NCBI GenBank assembly: GCA_964016885.1 | Contig: OZ024741.1 | Location: forward strand, 98,704,001 to 98,768,000 | Length of the DNA stretch: 64,000 nt | Direction of reading: 5' to 3' | From: Eledone cirrhosa | Lineage: Eukaryota | Shown here: piece by piece, positions 1-12,780 of the stretch | Layout: every line of letters begins with the position of its first letter | Numbering within the stretch: the stretch's first letter is position 1 | The notes under the pieces: model-generated | Told to the model about the DNA's origin: nothing | The model's input: only the letters and a program-made list of their open reading frames with translations | The model's database searches: none | Program-made: the position numbers and the translations under genes

Positions 1-179
1 GCTGGTGGTGGTGGTGCTGGTGATAGAGGCATTTGTGGTGGTGGTGGTGGTGGTGCTGCTGGTGGTGATGATAGTGGTAGTTGTCGTGGTGCTGGTGCTG
101 GTGATAGGGACATTGGTGGTGGTGCTGGTTCTGGTGCTGGTAGGGCTAGTGCTGGTGGTGGTAATGATAGGGACATTGG

Positions 180-210
<31 letters not shown>

Positions 211-462
211 GCTGGTAATGATAGGACCATTGGTGGTGGTGGTGGTGGTAGTGGTGGTGATGATTTTCGCTGTGGTGGTGGTGGTAGTGATGGGGACGTT
301 GGTAGTGGTGGTGGTGGTAGTGGTGATAGGGATTGTTAATGATATTGTTGCTGGTAATGATGTTGTTGTTGGTAGTGATGATGAAGATAATGATGCTGCT
401 GCAACTGATGATGATGACATCGATAATGACGACGCTGTCGACTACGATGACGCTGATGGTGG

Positions 463-501
<39 letters not shown>

Positions 502-546
502 CCTCTCTCTCACTCTCTCCCCCCTCTCTCTCTCTCTCTCTCTCTC
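1..546. repeat. (GGT/GAT)n trinucleotide low-complexity tract followed by (CT)n
   Basis: Directly visible; produces the poly-Val/Asp ORFs 5..625 and 333..563. Confidence 0.95.
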
Positions 547-1143
547 GACAATGGTGGCATTGAGGTTGCCGTGTTGTTGCGGCTGTTGCTCGATATCCAA
601 TTATCTTTCTGAAGACTGTTTCTAATCACAGTGCTGTCAAATAAACAAACTTACAAACAAACCTACAAAAAGACAAATAAAAGACAAAGCAAAAATAAAC
701 AGCAGAAACACTAAAACAAGAAACAATAAATGTGAAAAATATACATAAAACAACTTTTTTTTAAAAGATGTAGGTAACAAGCAAATTTCTCTATATTAAT
801 GATATTTAATTCTCTGACGGTAACCCCCTGACAGAATCCATTTATTTTCTATCAACATTCTATGGATTTGTCCACACATCGTTTCCTTCTACATCGTTCG
901 CCATTGTCTTCGTAGTTTTCTTTGATATCAGAATTCCTTAGATAAATGGATATATAGATAAATAGATAAATAGATAAATAGAAATATCTTTCATCTTTAC
1001 ACACATCACATGCATACGCTCGAAAACACACAGGCACACACGTGTGTACTTGTGATTGTGTATATGAGTATACATATCTATATAACTATATATATATATA
1101 TATATATATCTATATATATCTATATATAAATATATCTTTCACT

Positions 1144-1245
<102 letters not shown>

Positions 1246-1276
1246 TATATATATATATATGTATGTTTGTATATCT

Positions 1277-2553
1277 CCTATGTGGAAAAAGTACGTTGAG
1301 TGCTTGAATTGAATTGCATCAATGTTTACCCTAAGAATTTAGCTCCAATTAGTTGAGCGCTCTATGATGTAACCGATATGGTGGAGAAGAGAGGAACCAA
1401 CCACAAGCTACACCAGGAAATTCCCTCTACCGTGGGGATGGAAACACCTGACACTGGACGGACATAATAACTTTCGGCAGGATAAATACGCGGAAACAAA
1501 AACTAAGATAAACCCCTTTTCCAGCACCAAATCGCATTTGAGCAGAAGCCCCCTCAATTCAATCTATACATGGACAAATTGACAATCATATGGATCATTT
1601 TGCATATATGTACTCTGTGTTTTTGCATTTATTCATTATTGGTTCTTTTCTTTTGTGTACTTGATATCTGTTTTCGGGGGTTTTGTTCCATGTGATATAA
1701 ATTATGGCTATGTACCAGATTGACTACTGCCTTGAATACTGTAGTTTACCCTCCGTTCTAATGTACGGCACTATCGTTCAATATGTGGATAGTGTAACTG
1801 TGACATTAGGGCCCCTTTCAGAACTTCTTACTTAAACATCTCTCTGCATATTATTTACTCACTTCAATCTATGTTTTTTTACTCACCTCAATCCGGATTC
1901 TCACTTGAAACATTTTTTTAATTTCTAATTGTTAATTTTTTAATATTTTTAATTTTTTAATTTATAATTTCTGATATTTGATTTAGGATTTTCGATTTTA
2001 AATTTTAATTTTTATTTCCAACTCTCACTCATAACTTCCAATGTAAAACCATGATACCTAGAATTAAGTATATTTTCTCTTAGGGGTTGATGGTCAGTTG
2101 TACTGTCCATGCTTGTGACCTGTAAAAACTAAAACTCTCCCATCCCCTCTGGCTTTCGACTGACTGCCACATACGGGATGGGTAGCAGTAAACTATGGTA
2201 CAGGCCTGAATGGGTCATTGTTTGGCTGAGAGGGGAAACTGACTAAGCGAATTTCGTTGAAATCTACGGTGGCTAATGGTCAACTTCCTTCGGACATGCG
2301 CCTGCGCAGACCGGTGGGGGTGAATTGGTATTCACAGGGGAACGGATGAAGAACCCAAAAGCACACACTTCGTCCGTTCCCATGTCGATTCAATTTGGAT
2401 TGCCTCGGAAACATAACCTTATTATGTAACAAGCTGTGTGACGATGTCGCGATACTCGCACACAGAACAGTGTGGCCAGTGTCGTCATTGAAATATATAT
2501 CACAGCATTATTATTAAAAGACTTGAACATCTGAAACTACTTCGCTTTTCCTT

Positions 2554-2558
<5 letters not shown>
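1277..2558 (+). mobile_element. Putative non-autonomous PLE/retrozyme-like unit between microsatellites
   Basis: Its start (1277-1334) and end (2453-2551) are contiguous in swapped order at 35519-35683. It carries a hammerhead-like motif at 2433-2506. Confidence 0.55.
2433..2506 (+). ncRNA. Type I hammerhead ribozyme motif, core mutated (GUGACGA)
   Basis: gctgt-gtgacga-long stem II-gaaa-tatatat-c-acagc; stem I gctgt/acagc. Confidence 0.55.
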
Positions 2559-2589
<31 letters not shown>

Positions 2590-2629
2590 CAGATGCAGAT
2601 GTTTATATAGTTAATACGTGTATGTATAA

Positions 2630-2687
<58 letters not shown>

Positions 2688-2702
2688 ACGCGCGTATGCG
2701 TA

Positions 2703-2895
2703 GCCTCCCGAATTGTGTCGGGGGCGGTAAAAACATTTAAAAAGGTTACTCAATATGTTAACAGATTATAGGCATCGTTATAATATATAGAAAATACATC
2801 TACAGGACTAGAACTGTTTCGTTTATATGAAATCAGCATCAATGAGTATTTTATACGAATGAAACCGTTCTAGTCTTGTAGATTTCATTTCAATA
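2703..2895. mobile_element. Foldback remnant of the hammerhead family seen at 63733-63930
   Basis: ctacaggactagaactgtttc (~2800) and the inverted gaaaccgttctagtcttgtag (~2861); CUGAUGA cores are eroded. Confidence 0.6.
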
Positions 2896-3149
2896 TATGA
2901 TAAAGATATATATTTTTGTGTGTATATATATATACACAGATGAATGTATATATGTATATGTATATATATGTGTGTGTGTGTCTGTGTCTGTGTGTACACG
3001 CGCGCATGTGCATGCCCGTGCATTTATTTGTGTGTGTGTGCAGGCAAGCCAAAACTCCCAATTCAAAATAACCCTCAAAACGATCTTTACTTGGTAGTGG
3101 TGGTGTTGTAGATGCTACTCGTGGTGATTTTACTGTTGTTGTCTTTCAT

Positions 3150-3672
3150 TAAATATATTAGTAACAGCAACAACATAAAAAAGCAATTGTAACCTAAGCA
3201 GACATGAAAGAACAGCCGAACTCCCACTGTCATCGCCTCCATCTCTTTGGCCCTCCCCCATGTCTCCGCATGGTGAGCAAATGGGGTCCCACGCACCGGC
3301 CTCCCCACAGCCCCGGCAGACAAAATGAAGAAGGTGTTTCGCCGGAGGACGGCAAGGGAGATGCGCTGGAAGAGCCATTCCAACTCACAAGGCTCACACC
3401 TGTGGCTGGCCAGCTCAGCGCCTATGGTGGTAAGTAGGGAGGAAGCCCTAGGGCCAAGGACACCTGGGGTCTCCACTGTCAAAGGTACGACCACAAACCT
3501 GTCGGAGGGCGACCGGTATTTGGAGAGTTTTGCCTCCTCAGCCCGATGTGCAGCAGAACATGGGTTGGTCGCAGACTGCACCAGATTGCAGCTGGGGAAA
3601 GTGTCGCTGCAAGTGGCATCCCAGACGAAGGGTTTGTCACCGCGGTACAGGAAGATGGTCATGCCGTCTGGC
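3150..3672 (-). mobile_element. CRE-clade-like non-LTR retrotransposon 3' fragment (restriction-like endonuclease)
   Basis: RPDGMT..F..WDATCSDT..AAHRAEEAKLSKY..VPLTVET.G..G..LFQRISLAVLR, the typical PD-(D/E)xK RLE tail of CRE-type elements. Confidence 0.8.
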
Positions 3673-4387
3673 CTTTACTTGTGTCATCAAAACTCGCAAC
3701 ACTAACACCACTAACTCGTCTTTCGGCACTGACAAGTTATATACCTACTACCCAACAACAATTCCACCTCTTCTACCATCATGCTGATATAGTACACCCA
3801 CTTCCTTCCCCACCACCACCACCTCCACCCCCATCACCATCATCAACACTACCACTACCACTTCCGCCACAAAAGCGGCCACCAAAGTGGCCGCCAAAGC
3901 CACCGCCCCGCCATCTTAACCACAACCACCACCAAAACCACCACCACCACCACAAAGCAACGAGAAAATCGATAATATATCGGGATGTCTGAGATAAAAT
4001 TCGACGGTTAGAAATAGCAACACACGCCCAGGACCCTGAGAGACATATGGAGTAAACTCGAGCCAGAAGGCTATGGTTGTGGCTAATTTCGCTTTATACA
4101 TTAACACACCAAAAATAGGGGCGACTCCTATTAGTATGTGCCTCTGTATATGTGGTGTTTGTATAAGTTTCCGTGTTTATGTTTGTGTATACAGGTTACA
4201 ATCTTCATGCCGCGTTCCTTTTATGTTAAAATGTAACTTAACCATTTGATAAATAGAGATCTGATATAAGTATTGGTACGGTTGATGCGACCAACGAAAG
4301 TTCCCGCGGCTGTGCTACAGCATGAACGCAATCTCATGATTGAAAGCTCTCACAGTTACTCCCCACCCCCCTCTCTCTCTCTCTCTC

Positions 4388-4459
<72 letters not shown>

Positions 4460-4660
4460 ATTTTAACGAGATCGTATTTCGGCGGTGGCTAAAACAAATC
4501 GAAACGCAATCTTGGAGATATGCCGGCAAGCGCTCAATGGACTAAGAAGAAACCAGACCAATTAACATGTGGTATAAAGGCCACATAAAATGAAAACAGT
4601 GGTTGTGAAGTCAACAGCCACCGTAGCCGAAACCGAACAAGCTAAACAGGTTAACAAATA
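4460..4660 (+). repeat. Dispersed (TA)n-anchored repeat (family Y)
   Basis: Similar to 6980-7170, 48955-49085 and the inverted 54720-54880; shared cgagaatcg..gcaagcgct..aaggcca. Confidence 0.7.
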
Positions 4661-4819
4661 TATATATATATGCAAAAGTTCTATTTAAATTGTTGGGATA
4701 CAACAAGTAAATATTTTTTATAACTAATATAAAGCACTCAACAATTATTTGCTCCCGGGAGCTTCCAACAGTAATGGTTGCATTTTTTAAGGGTATTTAT
4801 AAAACTGATCTATATTATA

Positions 4820-4880
4820 TTTTGTCTGATGAAAGCACACCATAATTTAACTTGGTGTCCTTGAAATATGTATAATGAAA
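4820..4880 (+). ncRNA. Type I hammerhead ribozyme (family A pLTR fragment 4672-4922)
   Basis: ttttgt-ctgatga-aagcacacca..tggtgtcctt-gaaa-tatgtat-a-atgaaa. Confidence 0.75.
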
Positions 4881-4921
4881 TAAATATGGTTTTATAAATA
4901 TAGTTTCTATTTGTTAATATC

Positions 4922-5001
<80 letters not shown>

Positions 5002-5458
5002 ATATCGCCCTCCGTCTGTGTTTACCTAGATATGATTAGCCTCAGTAGTGCATATAACTTAATATTTTATTTATTTTTTGAAATATTGAAGTCTAAATAA
5101 AAGTTTCTTTTATAATACACGAAAAACACAAGAGACAAAGAAAACTGTTTTTGTCTTTCATCCTCCAATAATAATAGATATAATTGCGGGACAATGTTGA
5201 ATGGGAAACAAATTATGTTATTTATGTCGAAGAAGAAATTTTCCATTTACAAAGAAAGCTTATAAAATGTTTGTATGTACTTATATACTTACAATCATGA
5301 ATGTTTGTATATACATACATGCATATATATATATATATATACACACACATACACATATATATACAATATATGTTTGTGTATGTATATCAATACGTATATA
5401 TATGTATATATATATATATATATATCAATACGTATATATATATATATATATCAATACG

Positions 5459-5503
<45 letters not shown>

Positions 5504-5661
5504 ATACGTATATATATATATATATAGTTATATATACCAATACGTATATATATATATATATATATAGTATATATATATATATATATGTTTGTGTATATGT
5601 GTATATATACATATCTCTATCTTCCTCTCTATCTATATATATAACTATCTATGTATCTCTC

Positions 5662-5753
<92 letters not shown>

Positions 5754-6395
5754 GAGAGCGAGAGAGAGAGAGCGAGAGAGAGAGAGAGAGGGAGAGAGAT
5801 TTATGTGTCTACGTGTGTATGTATGTGTGCCTGTGCGCGCGCGCGCGTGTGTATGTGTGTGTGTGTGTGTGTTATACACTCATATCGAAATTACTGTCAT
5901 CTGTTCGAATATAAGTATATAACCCTATTGAGTTCTTTATACATTTAATGTCTTTTATATAAAACGTATATAAAACCCACACACTTAGACTTACATATGT
6001 ATGTATGTATGTACATACATTTTACAATTTATATGTGCAAGCATACTAATATACACAACTTACAGGTACGCATAAATATACATAAATTTATATAAAAATA
6101 TATATATATGTAACCAAAATATCTTAAACACACACACACACAGAAACACACACAGACAGAGAAAGACACACTAACATATAGACGTGCATGCATCCAGAGA
6201 CACTCAGAATAAATATATTTTGCTCGGCTGAAATCAAGAGAGAAAAAATAGGATTTCTATAATTCTTGTAATGAAGAAGGAAGAAGGCGAGAAAGAGCGA
6301 AAATGAAACACACACAGAGATAGACGGAGAGAAAGATAGATAGCTAGAGAGAGAGTGAATGAGTGAGTACGTGTGTGTGCGGGTGTGGGGGGTGC

Positions 6396-6443
<48 letters not shown>

Positions 6444-6746
6444 GAGAGAGACGAAGAGATGGAAATTATAGAATGAGAAGGACAGAATGAGTGTGTTTAT
6501 GTTTTTTTAGTAAATTTGTGTTCTATATTTTCCAAAGAAATTTCAAAAGAGATGATGTAAAAATGAATTAGATGAAAAGAACGAAGAAATATGTTTTAGT
6601 TGAAGATAAGTAATGTCTAGCTTTCAAAAATAACTTTGTTTACAAAATCCTGTTTTACTCAGTCCACACAGACGTGTATGGATGTGTGAATACTTGTCTG
6701 CCTGCGATTGTATGTGTATGTAATTATATGTGTACGTATGTATCTA

Positions 6747-6847
<101 letters not shown>

Positions 6848-6906
6848 ATTTATAAACACACATCTATATATATATGTATGTGTATATACACATATACACA
6901 CACATA

Positions 6907-6979
<73 letters not shown>

Positions 6980-6982
<3 letters not shown>

Positions 6983-7620
6983 AATATAAATTAGCGAGAA
7001 TCGTATTTCAGCTATTGGAAATTAGCGAAAGACAACTTCGAGATGTGTGGCAAGCGCTCAATAGATTCTAACGAACCAGAGCTACAACATACGTTAAAAG
7101 GCCAAAACACACTGAGACGATGGTTAAACCATTCTCCGCACAGCCATAGAAACGACCAAGTAATTCGAGTCAAACAAATAAAAAAATATGACTGAAAAAT
7201 TTACCCGGACCCCTGGATGGTTGGTGAAAGTCCAGCATTTGGGTTTCTGCGACTCCTAAATCAAGTACTGTCCGCTTAGACAAATAATGTTAAGCTTTTG
7301 GTAAGATGATTGAACAAGGAAGTCACTTTCTCAACAGGTTTTAGTTCAAGTGCCAGGCCAAGGATTGAACGTTACCAATACCCACGTGGAGCTCGGCAAC
7401 GGAGACAACCCTTATTTTTGGCAGATGAATTCAGTATGTGTAATATTTCAAAATTGCAAAATATCACAAGACGAATTAAGTTCTCAACAGAATGGTTTTA
7501 AAGTTAACAAAAGCTATTCATCAGTCAATAGAATCAACTAAAAATATCAAGAAAATTAACTGGCCAATAACTAGACTCTGGAGATTAATACAAATATAAA
7601 TTAGCGAGAATCGTATTTCG
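6980..7620 (+). mobile_element. Family Y unit with ~30 bp terminal direct repeat, flanked by (TA)n
   Basis: aaatataaattagcgagaatcgtatttc occurs at both ~6982 and ~7592. Confidence 0.65.
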
Positions 7621-7647
7621 TATATATATATATATATATATATATCG

Positions 7648-7770
<123 letters not shown>

Positions 7771-7922
7771 TTTATCTATATATGTGACTGTCTGTGTGTA
7801 TGCGTGCGCGTGTGCACATGAGAGAGAAAATCCCACAATACTATACTCAAACATATACCACACAGACATACATAAAAACATTTACATAGAAGTATGTATT
7901 TACGTATAAAAATATGTATGTA

Positions 7923-9480
7923 ATTCTTGTTTTTATGTTTCAGATTTCTTACCAACAGAGAAGAGCCGGTTTCTAACCAACGAATGTGGTTCCTACATTG
8001 GAATTTAGACATCAACTTAGTAGTCGTGTCAGTATGTATTTGTACATGCATACATATATCTCTATATCAGGTCCCTCGCTTGTGTTTCTGGTAAGGTGTA
8101 ACCCAGTACAAGCTGTTTGCATGATCATAGTGTCGGTGACTAAACAGGCAATCCCAGTCACCATCGAGAATTCTTGGTGTCGTCGTGAATTTTGAGCACA
8201 CCACCGGATAGAAAATAAATCTTTTGAAAAGGTGGAGGAACAAACGAGAGTCAACAGCCATCCAATAATGTGCATATATGCTTGTGTATACATATTTATG
8301 TAAATACACATGAGTAAACGATGCTCTTACTTGTAGAGATTGAATTTCCAAGATATCTTGCTTTGCCTTGACTTGTTGCTAGCGTAACGCCTGTAGATAT
8401 TTACAGAGTGGCATCCGTGTTGCGCAAAGGTTTATGACTCTAAAATCTATTGTGTACTTTTCACACCACACAACATAAAACATAACATAAATTGTTTGCA
8501 AGCACACACAACCGGTGGACATTTCGTTGCAACGATCAGAGTTTCGTCACTTAGAAGGTGTAACATAGGTTTTAGCAGCCGCAATTCTTCGACCGCTGAT
8601 CTTGCTATCAAAGCATTAAGTTCTGTCTGTTATGCTCATAATTTACTGACTCTTTGGCTGAAACATTACACCAATATTCTTTCATGTTAGGATAATGAAT
8701 TTTCCACACCATTGTAACCTCTTATGAGTTTTTTTCGGGAATATCTATTGTATTATATAATGTTTTGTCCGCAATATCATGCCTCATAGGTGAATAGCAT
8801 CGTGATGACATATTCTTACAGGTGTTTTTGACATGTGTGATGTCTTTGTTGTTAATTCAACAGAAACTACTTCTGTCATCTAGTTCCTTCCCCTACTATC
8901 CCTATTCATTTCACATCAAGGATTCTTTTGACATTTACTAATTCTTGGTTGCAAAACATATTTTTCAAAGAGAAAGGTAATAATATTGGTTGTTGGTCCA
9001 TAATATTGTGCTTACAAGCAAACGTCTTTCATCTAATGATCGGTCACAGTTGATCTCAGCAAATTCCCTGAACATGTATCCCTTGCGCATCAATCCGGTA
9101 ATACTTTCCAAAAAGCCTCTTTCCGAAATATATTACATTACCTGCCTCATGTATACATACTTGATCCATGGATGCACTTCAGAGCTAAGCCTTTAACAGT
9201 TTGTTTTCGTTCTAGGTTTGTATTCGATTACTGTTGATGTGGATATTTCAGGAGATGTTTAATAAATTTCGTTTTTGGTTTCATCAATGTCTTTGGTCCC
9301 ATTTAACGTGTAATCGAATATCTAAAGTGTTAGAATGGGTACTACAACGACAAGAACACTGTAGGCCATTGATTTATTGTATCCAAGGACTTTTGTAAAA
9401 TATTCTTTCGTCCAGATGTTATATTCCCGGGTTACGCGTTACTTGTTAATCTATCCTTGAGTATTTGTAGCATTATTTTT
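7923..9480 (-). mobile_element. Old, decayed R4/Dong-type non-LTR retrotransposon (3' portion)
   Basis: Minus strand gives DITHVKNTCKNMSSRCYSPMRHDIADKTLYNTI and EYWCNV..HNR, matching 15990-16230. The 3'UTR resembles 16585-16680 and ends in (TACA)n. Confidence 0.75.
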
Positions 9481-9504
9481 CTCGTTGCTGATAATGCTTT
9501 CTAA

Positions 9505-9690
9505 TTTGGAATCAAGGCCAAAGATTGTGAAAATGGATAGTCGATTAAATCAACATCATTACTTGATCAGTACTTCATTTTCTCAACCATGGAAAGATGA
9601 AAGGCTAAGTTGACCTCCATGGAGCTTGAACCCCAAATCTAAAACAACGTTGCAGCTGCAAAGCTGACAGCTATTTCTACAACTCACGCT
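9505..9690 (-). mobile_element. Diverged tRNA-derived SINE
   Basis: aaggcc..gatgaaaggctaagttgacctc..ttgaacc resembles the SINE at 57590-57780. Confidence 0.6.
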
Positions 9691-10122
9691 TCCATCATTA
9701 TAATAGATAAAACTAAGTTAAAATAACAAATAAACATTTTCATATCATCATTTTAATCCTGGTGAATTATTCATAGTAACCGTATCGATTTTCTTACACT
9801 ATTATGGAATATCAACAGCTAATACTCTATCACCTACTCTAATGTGCTCGGTGTTCAAACATACACACTCGAAATCTTCATTTTGTATTAAAAACACGAA
9901 CATAACTCAGGTGTGGCTAAATGACTGACGTTAGGATGAATATACATACAAATACTCACGCATACACACACATATATATATATGTATATATGCATATATA
10001 TATATATATATGTATATATGTATATATGTATATATGTGTATATATGTGTGTGCGTGTGTGAGTGTGTGTGTAAATATATATGTGTGTGTATGTGGCTGTG
10101 TTTGTATGTATCTATCTATTTA

Positions 10123-10179
<57 letters not shown>

Positions 10180-10616
10180 GTGTGTGTGTGTGTTTGTGTG
10201 TAAGTAACGAAACTGCAATAAATATAAAAATATAAATATAAATCGCTCCCACACACAAAGAAACACACACAAAAATCAACAAGAAAACGTGACTGAAAAC
10301 GAATATTTAGAAAAATATAAAAAGCTATCAAGCACAAAACGAAACAAAAGCATATAGGGATCTTCAGCCCCTCACTCCCTCACTCCCCCTCTCTCTTTCT
10401 CTTTCTCTCTCTCCCTCTCTCTTTCATTCTCTACCTATTTATTATGATTTTTGTTGGGATTTTTTTTCAGATTTTCCTCTCAGTTTAAATCGAACTAAAA
10501 CATATGTGGGTGCCTTTCCTTCCAGGGTTCAAACCAATATTATATCCCACATAATTATATACACACGCACACATATATACACACACACACATACACACAC
10601 ATACACACACACACAC

Positions 10617-10648
<32 letters not shown>

Positions 10649-10903
10649 CGTGAGAGAGAGAAAGAGAGAGAAAGGATGTCGAATATATATGAGTAAATTA
10701 TATAAGAAACATCAATATATAAACGCATTTGCAAACACATATTCCTATATATATATATGTATACCCGTAAATAATTGTGCAAAAGCTATTTATATTATAT
10801 ATATATATATATGCCTATGTGTATGTGTGTGTTTGTTGGCGTGTGTGAGTGAGTGTGTGTGTGTATAAATATATATATGAGCATATGTATGTACATGCAT
10901 ATG

Positions 10904-10971
<68 letters not shown>

Positions 10972-11578
10972 GCGAGAGGGGGAAAGAGAGAGAGACACGA
11001 GTAACACTGATTCGTATACACATACGCATACACATACACACAAGCAGATATACACATATATATGCATATAGTAAAGTTTGACTACTTGATATAGACGATG
11101 TATTTTCCTTTTTTTTTTTTTTCTTTACTTTTTGCCATTCCATGAAGTTAAGAGGAAAGGCACACCTGTCGACATAGGTTTCTTCAGGTATTTTTCTCAC
11201 ATGGAAGCTAAAAACTTACTCAGAATGACAGATAGAATTACATCAACATCTTTAACACACGTTTCTATTGACGGAGTCTTCTGAAGTTGAAGCCCTTTCA
11301 GGAAGGGTTAATAAAGAAATAAACAAATAAACAAACAAACAAATAAATAAATAAACAAATAAATAAATAAATAAACAAATAAATAGATGAATATATTTGG
11401 TTATTTTTCAACTTATTTTATCAGATGAAGCCTAACCCTAAACAAGTTTTATGTTTAGTTTAGTTTTCTATAAGTCATGAAATTTTGACCCTAACCATAT
11501 ATTTCTCACATACAAAAAAATATAGATAACTAATCCACGTAACACACGCACGCACACACACATATATATATATGCACA

Positions 11579-11673
<95 letters not shown>

Positions 11674-11717
11674 GTACATGTGTATACATATACATGTAGA
11701 TATATATATATATACAC

Positions 11718-11749
<32 letters not shown>

Positions 11750-11786
11750 GCGTGTGCATATATATATATGTGTGTGTGCGTGAGTA

Positions 11787-11823
11787 GTTTCCGCCGATTG
11801 AACCCGGAATAACTTATGTATAA

Positions 11824-11860
<37 letters not shown>

Positions 11861-11990
11861 TTATTCCGGGTTCAATCGGGGGTAACCACAGTAAGTAAGG
11901 TACTCAATACATAGCAGAGTATAAATGTTTAATATAGTAAAGCTTCTACAGGCCTAGAACTGTTTCATTGGTGAGAAATCATCAGAGAGA
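11787..11990 (-). mobile_element. Family B pLTR end with hammerhead (11943-11985, minus), mirrored across a (TA)n tract
   Basis: Matches 63733-63868. Reverse complement reads ctgatga-tttctcaccaat-gaaacag..ctgt-a-gaag. 11787-11817 is an inverted copy of 11856-11886. Confidence 0.7.
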
Positions 11991-12270
11991 GAGAGATTGA
12001 ACCGTGTGAAAGGCACGACTGATGTTATGTCACGCAAAGTGTGTGTATTTGTTTTATGTGCGTCACTAGTTCCTTATTATTTAGATTTTTTAAAGTGTCG
12101 TTCCTTCCTGAAATGCTGATGACATTCTGAATCGATCTATCTACCTATCATTAAGCAAATTTGCATAAGTACACATACACCCATCACACACACAAACGCA
12201 CACACGCACACACACACGCACGCACACACGCACACACGCACACGCACACACACAAGACACAGACACACAA

Positions 12271-12374
<104 letters not shown>

Positions 12375-12507
12375 GTTCGGATCTAGCTGTCGAAACGCCC
12401 GGAGCTCAGTCGTCGGGGTCCTGAATCTTTTCATATTACCAACTCTACTACCCCAAGTCTCGAGTACTCTGGTGGGTTATGGTCCACCTGGTATCTTACT
12501 ACACCCT

Positions 12508-12510
<3 letters not shown>
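12375..12510 (+). repeat. Dispersed repeat shared with 54465-54620
   Basis: tcagtcgtcggggtcctgaatctttt..cgagtactctggtg..ttatggtccacctggt is present in both. Confidence 0.75.
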
Positions 12511-12581
<71 letters not shown>

Positions 12582-12780
12582 TATAAATATTTGAGTGTGT
12601 GTGTATGTATATAGTGGAAGCCATTTATAATCCTGGATAAAGTTATCAGAGTTATTGTATACCAAACTCTTTATTTCCATGTTGCCAGTTGCTTAGTATC
12701 ATCAACCTGTTATTGTTATCTTATTTCAATGTACGATTACAATAGATAAATAAATATATTCGTACATACATACATACATA

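Noticed and set aside
5-625. Hydrophobic poly-Val ORF resembling a membrane protein
   Set aside because: It is a (GGT)n repeat translation.
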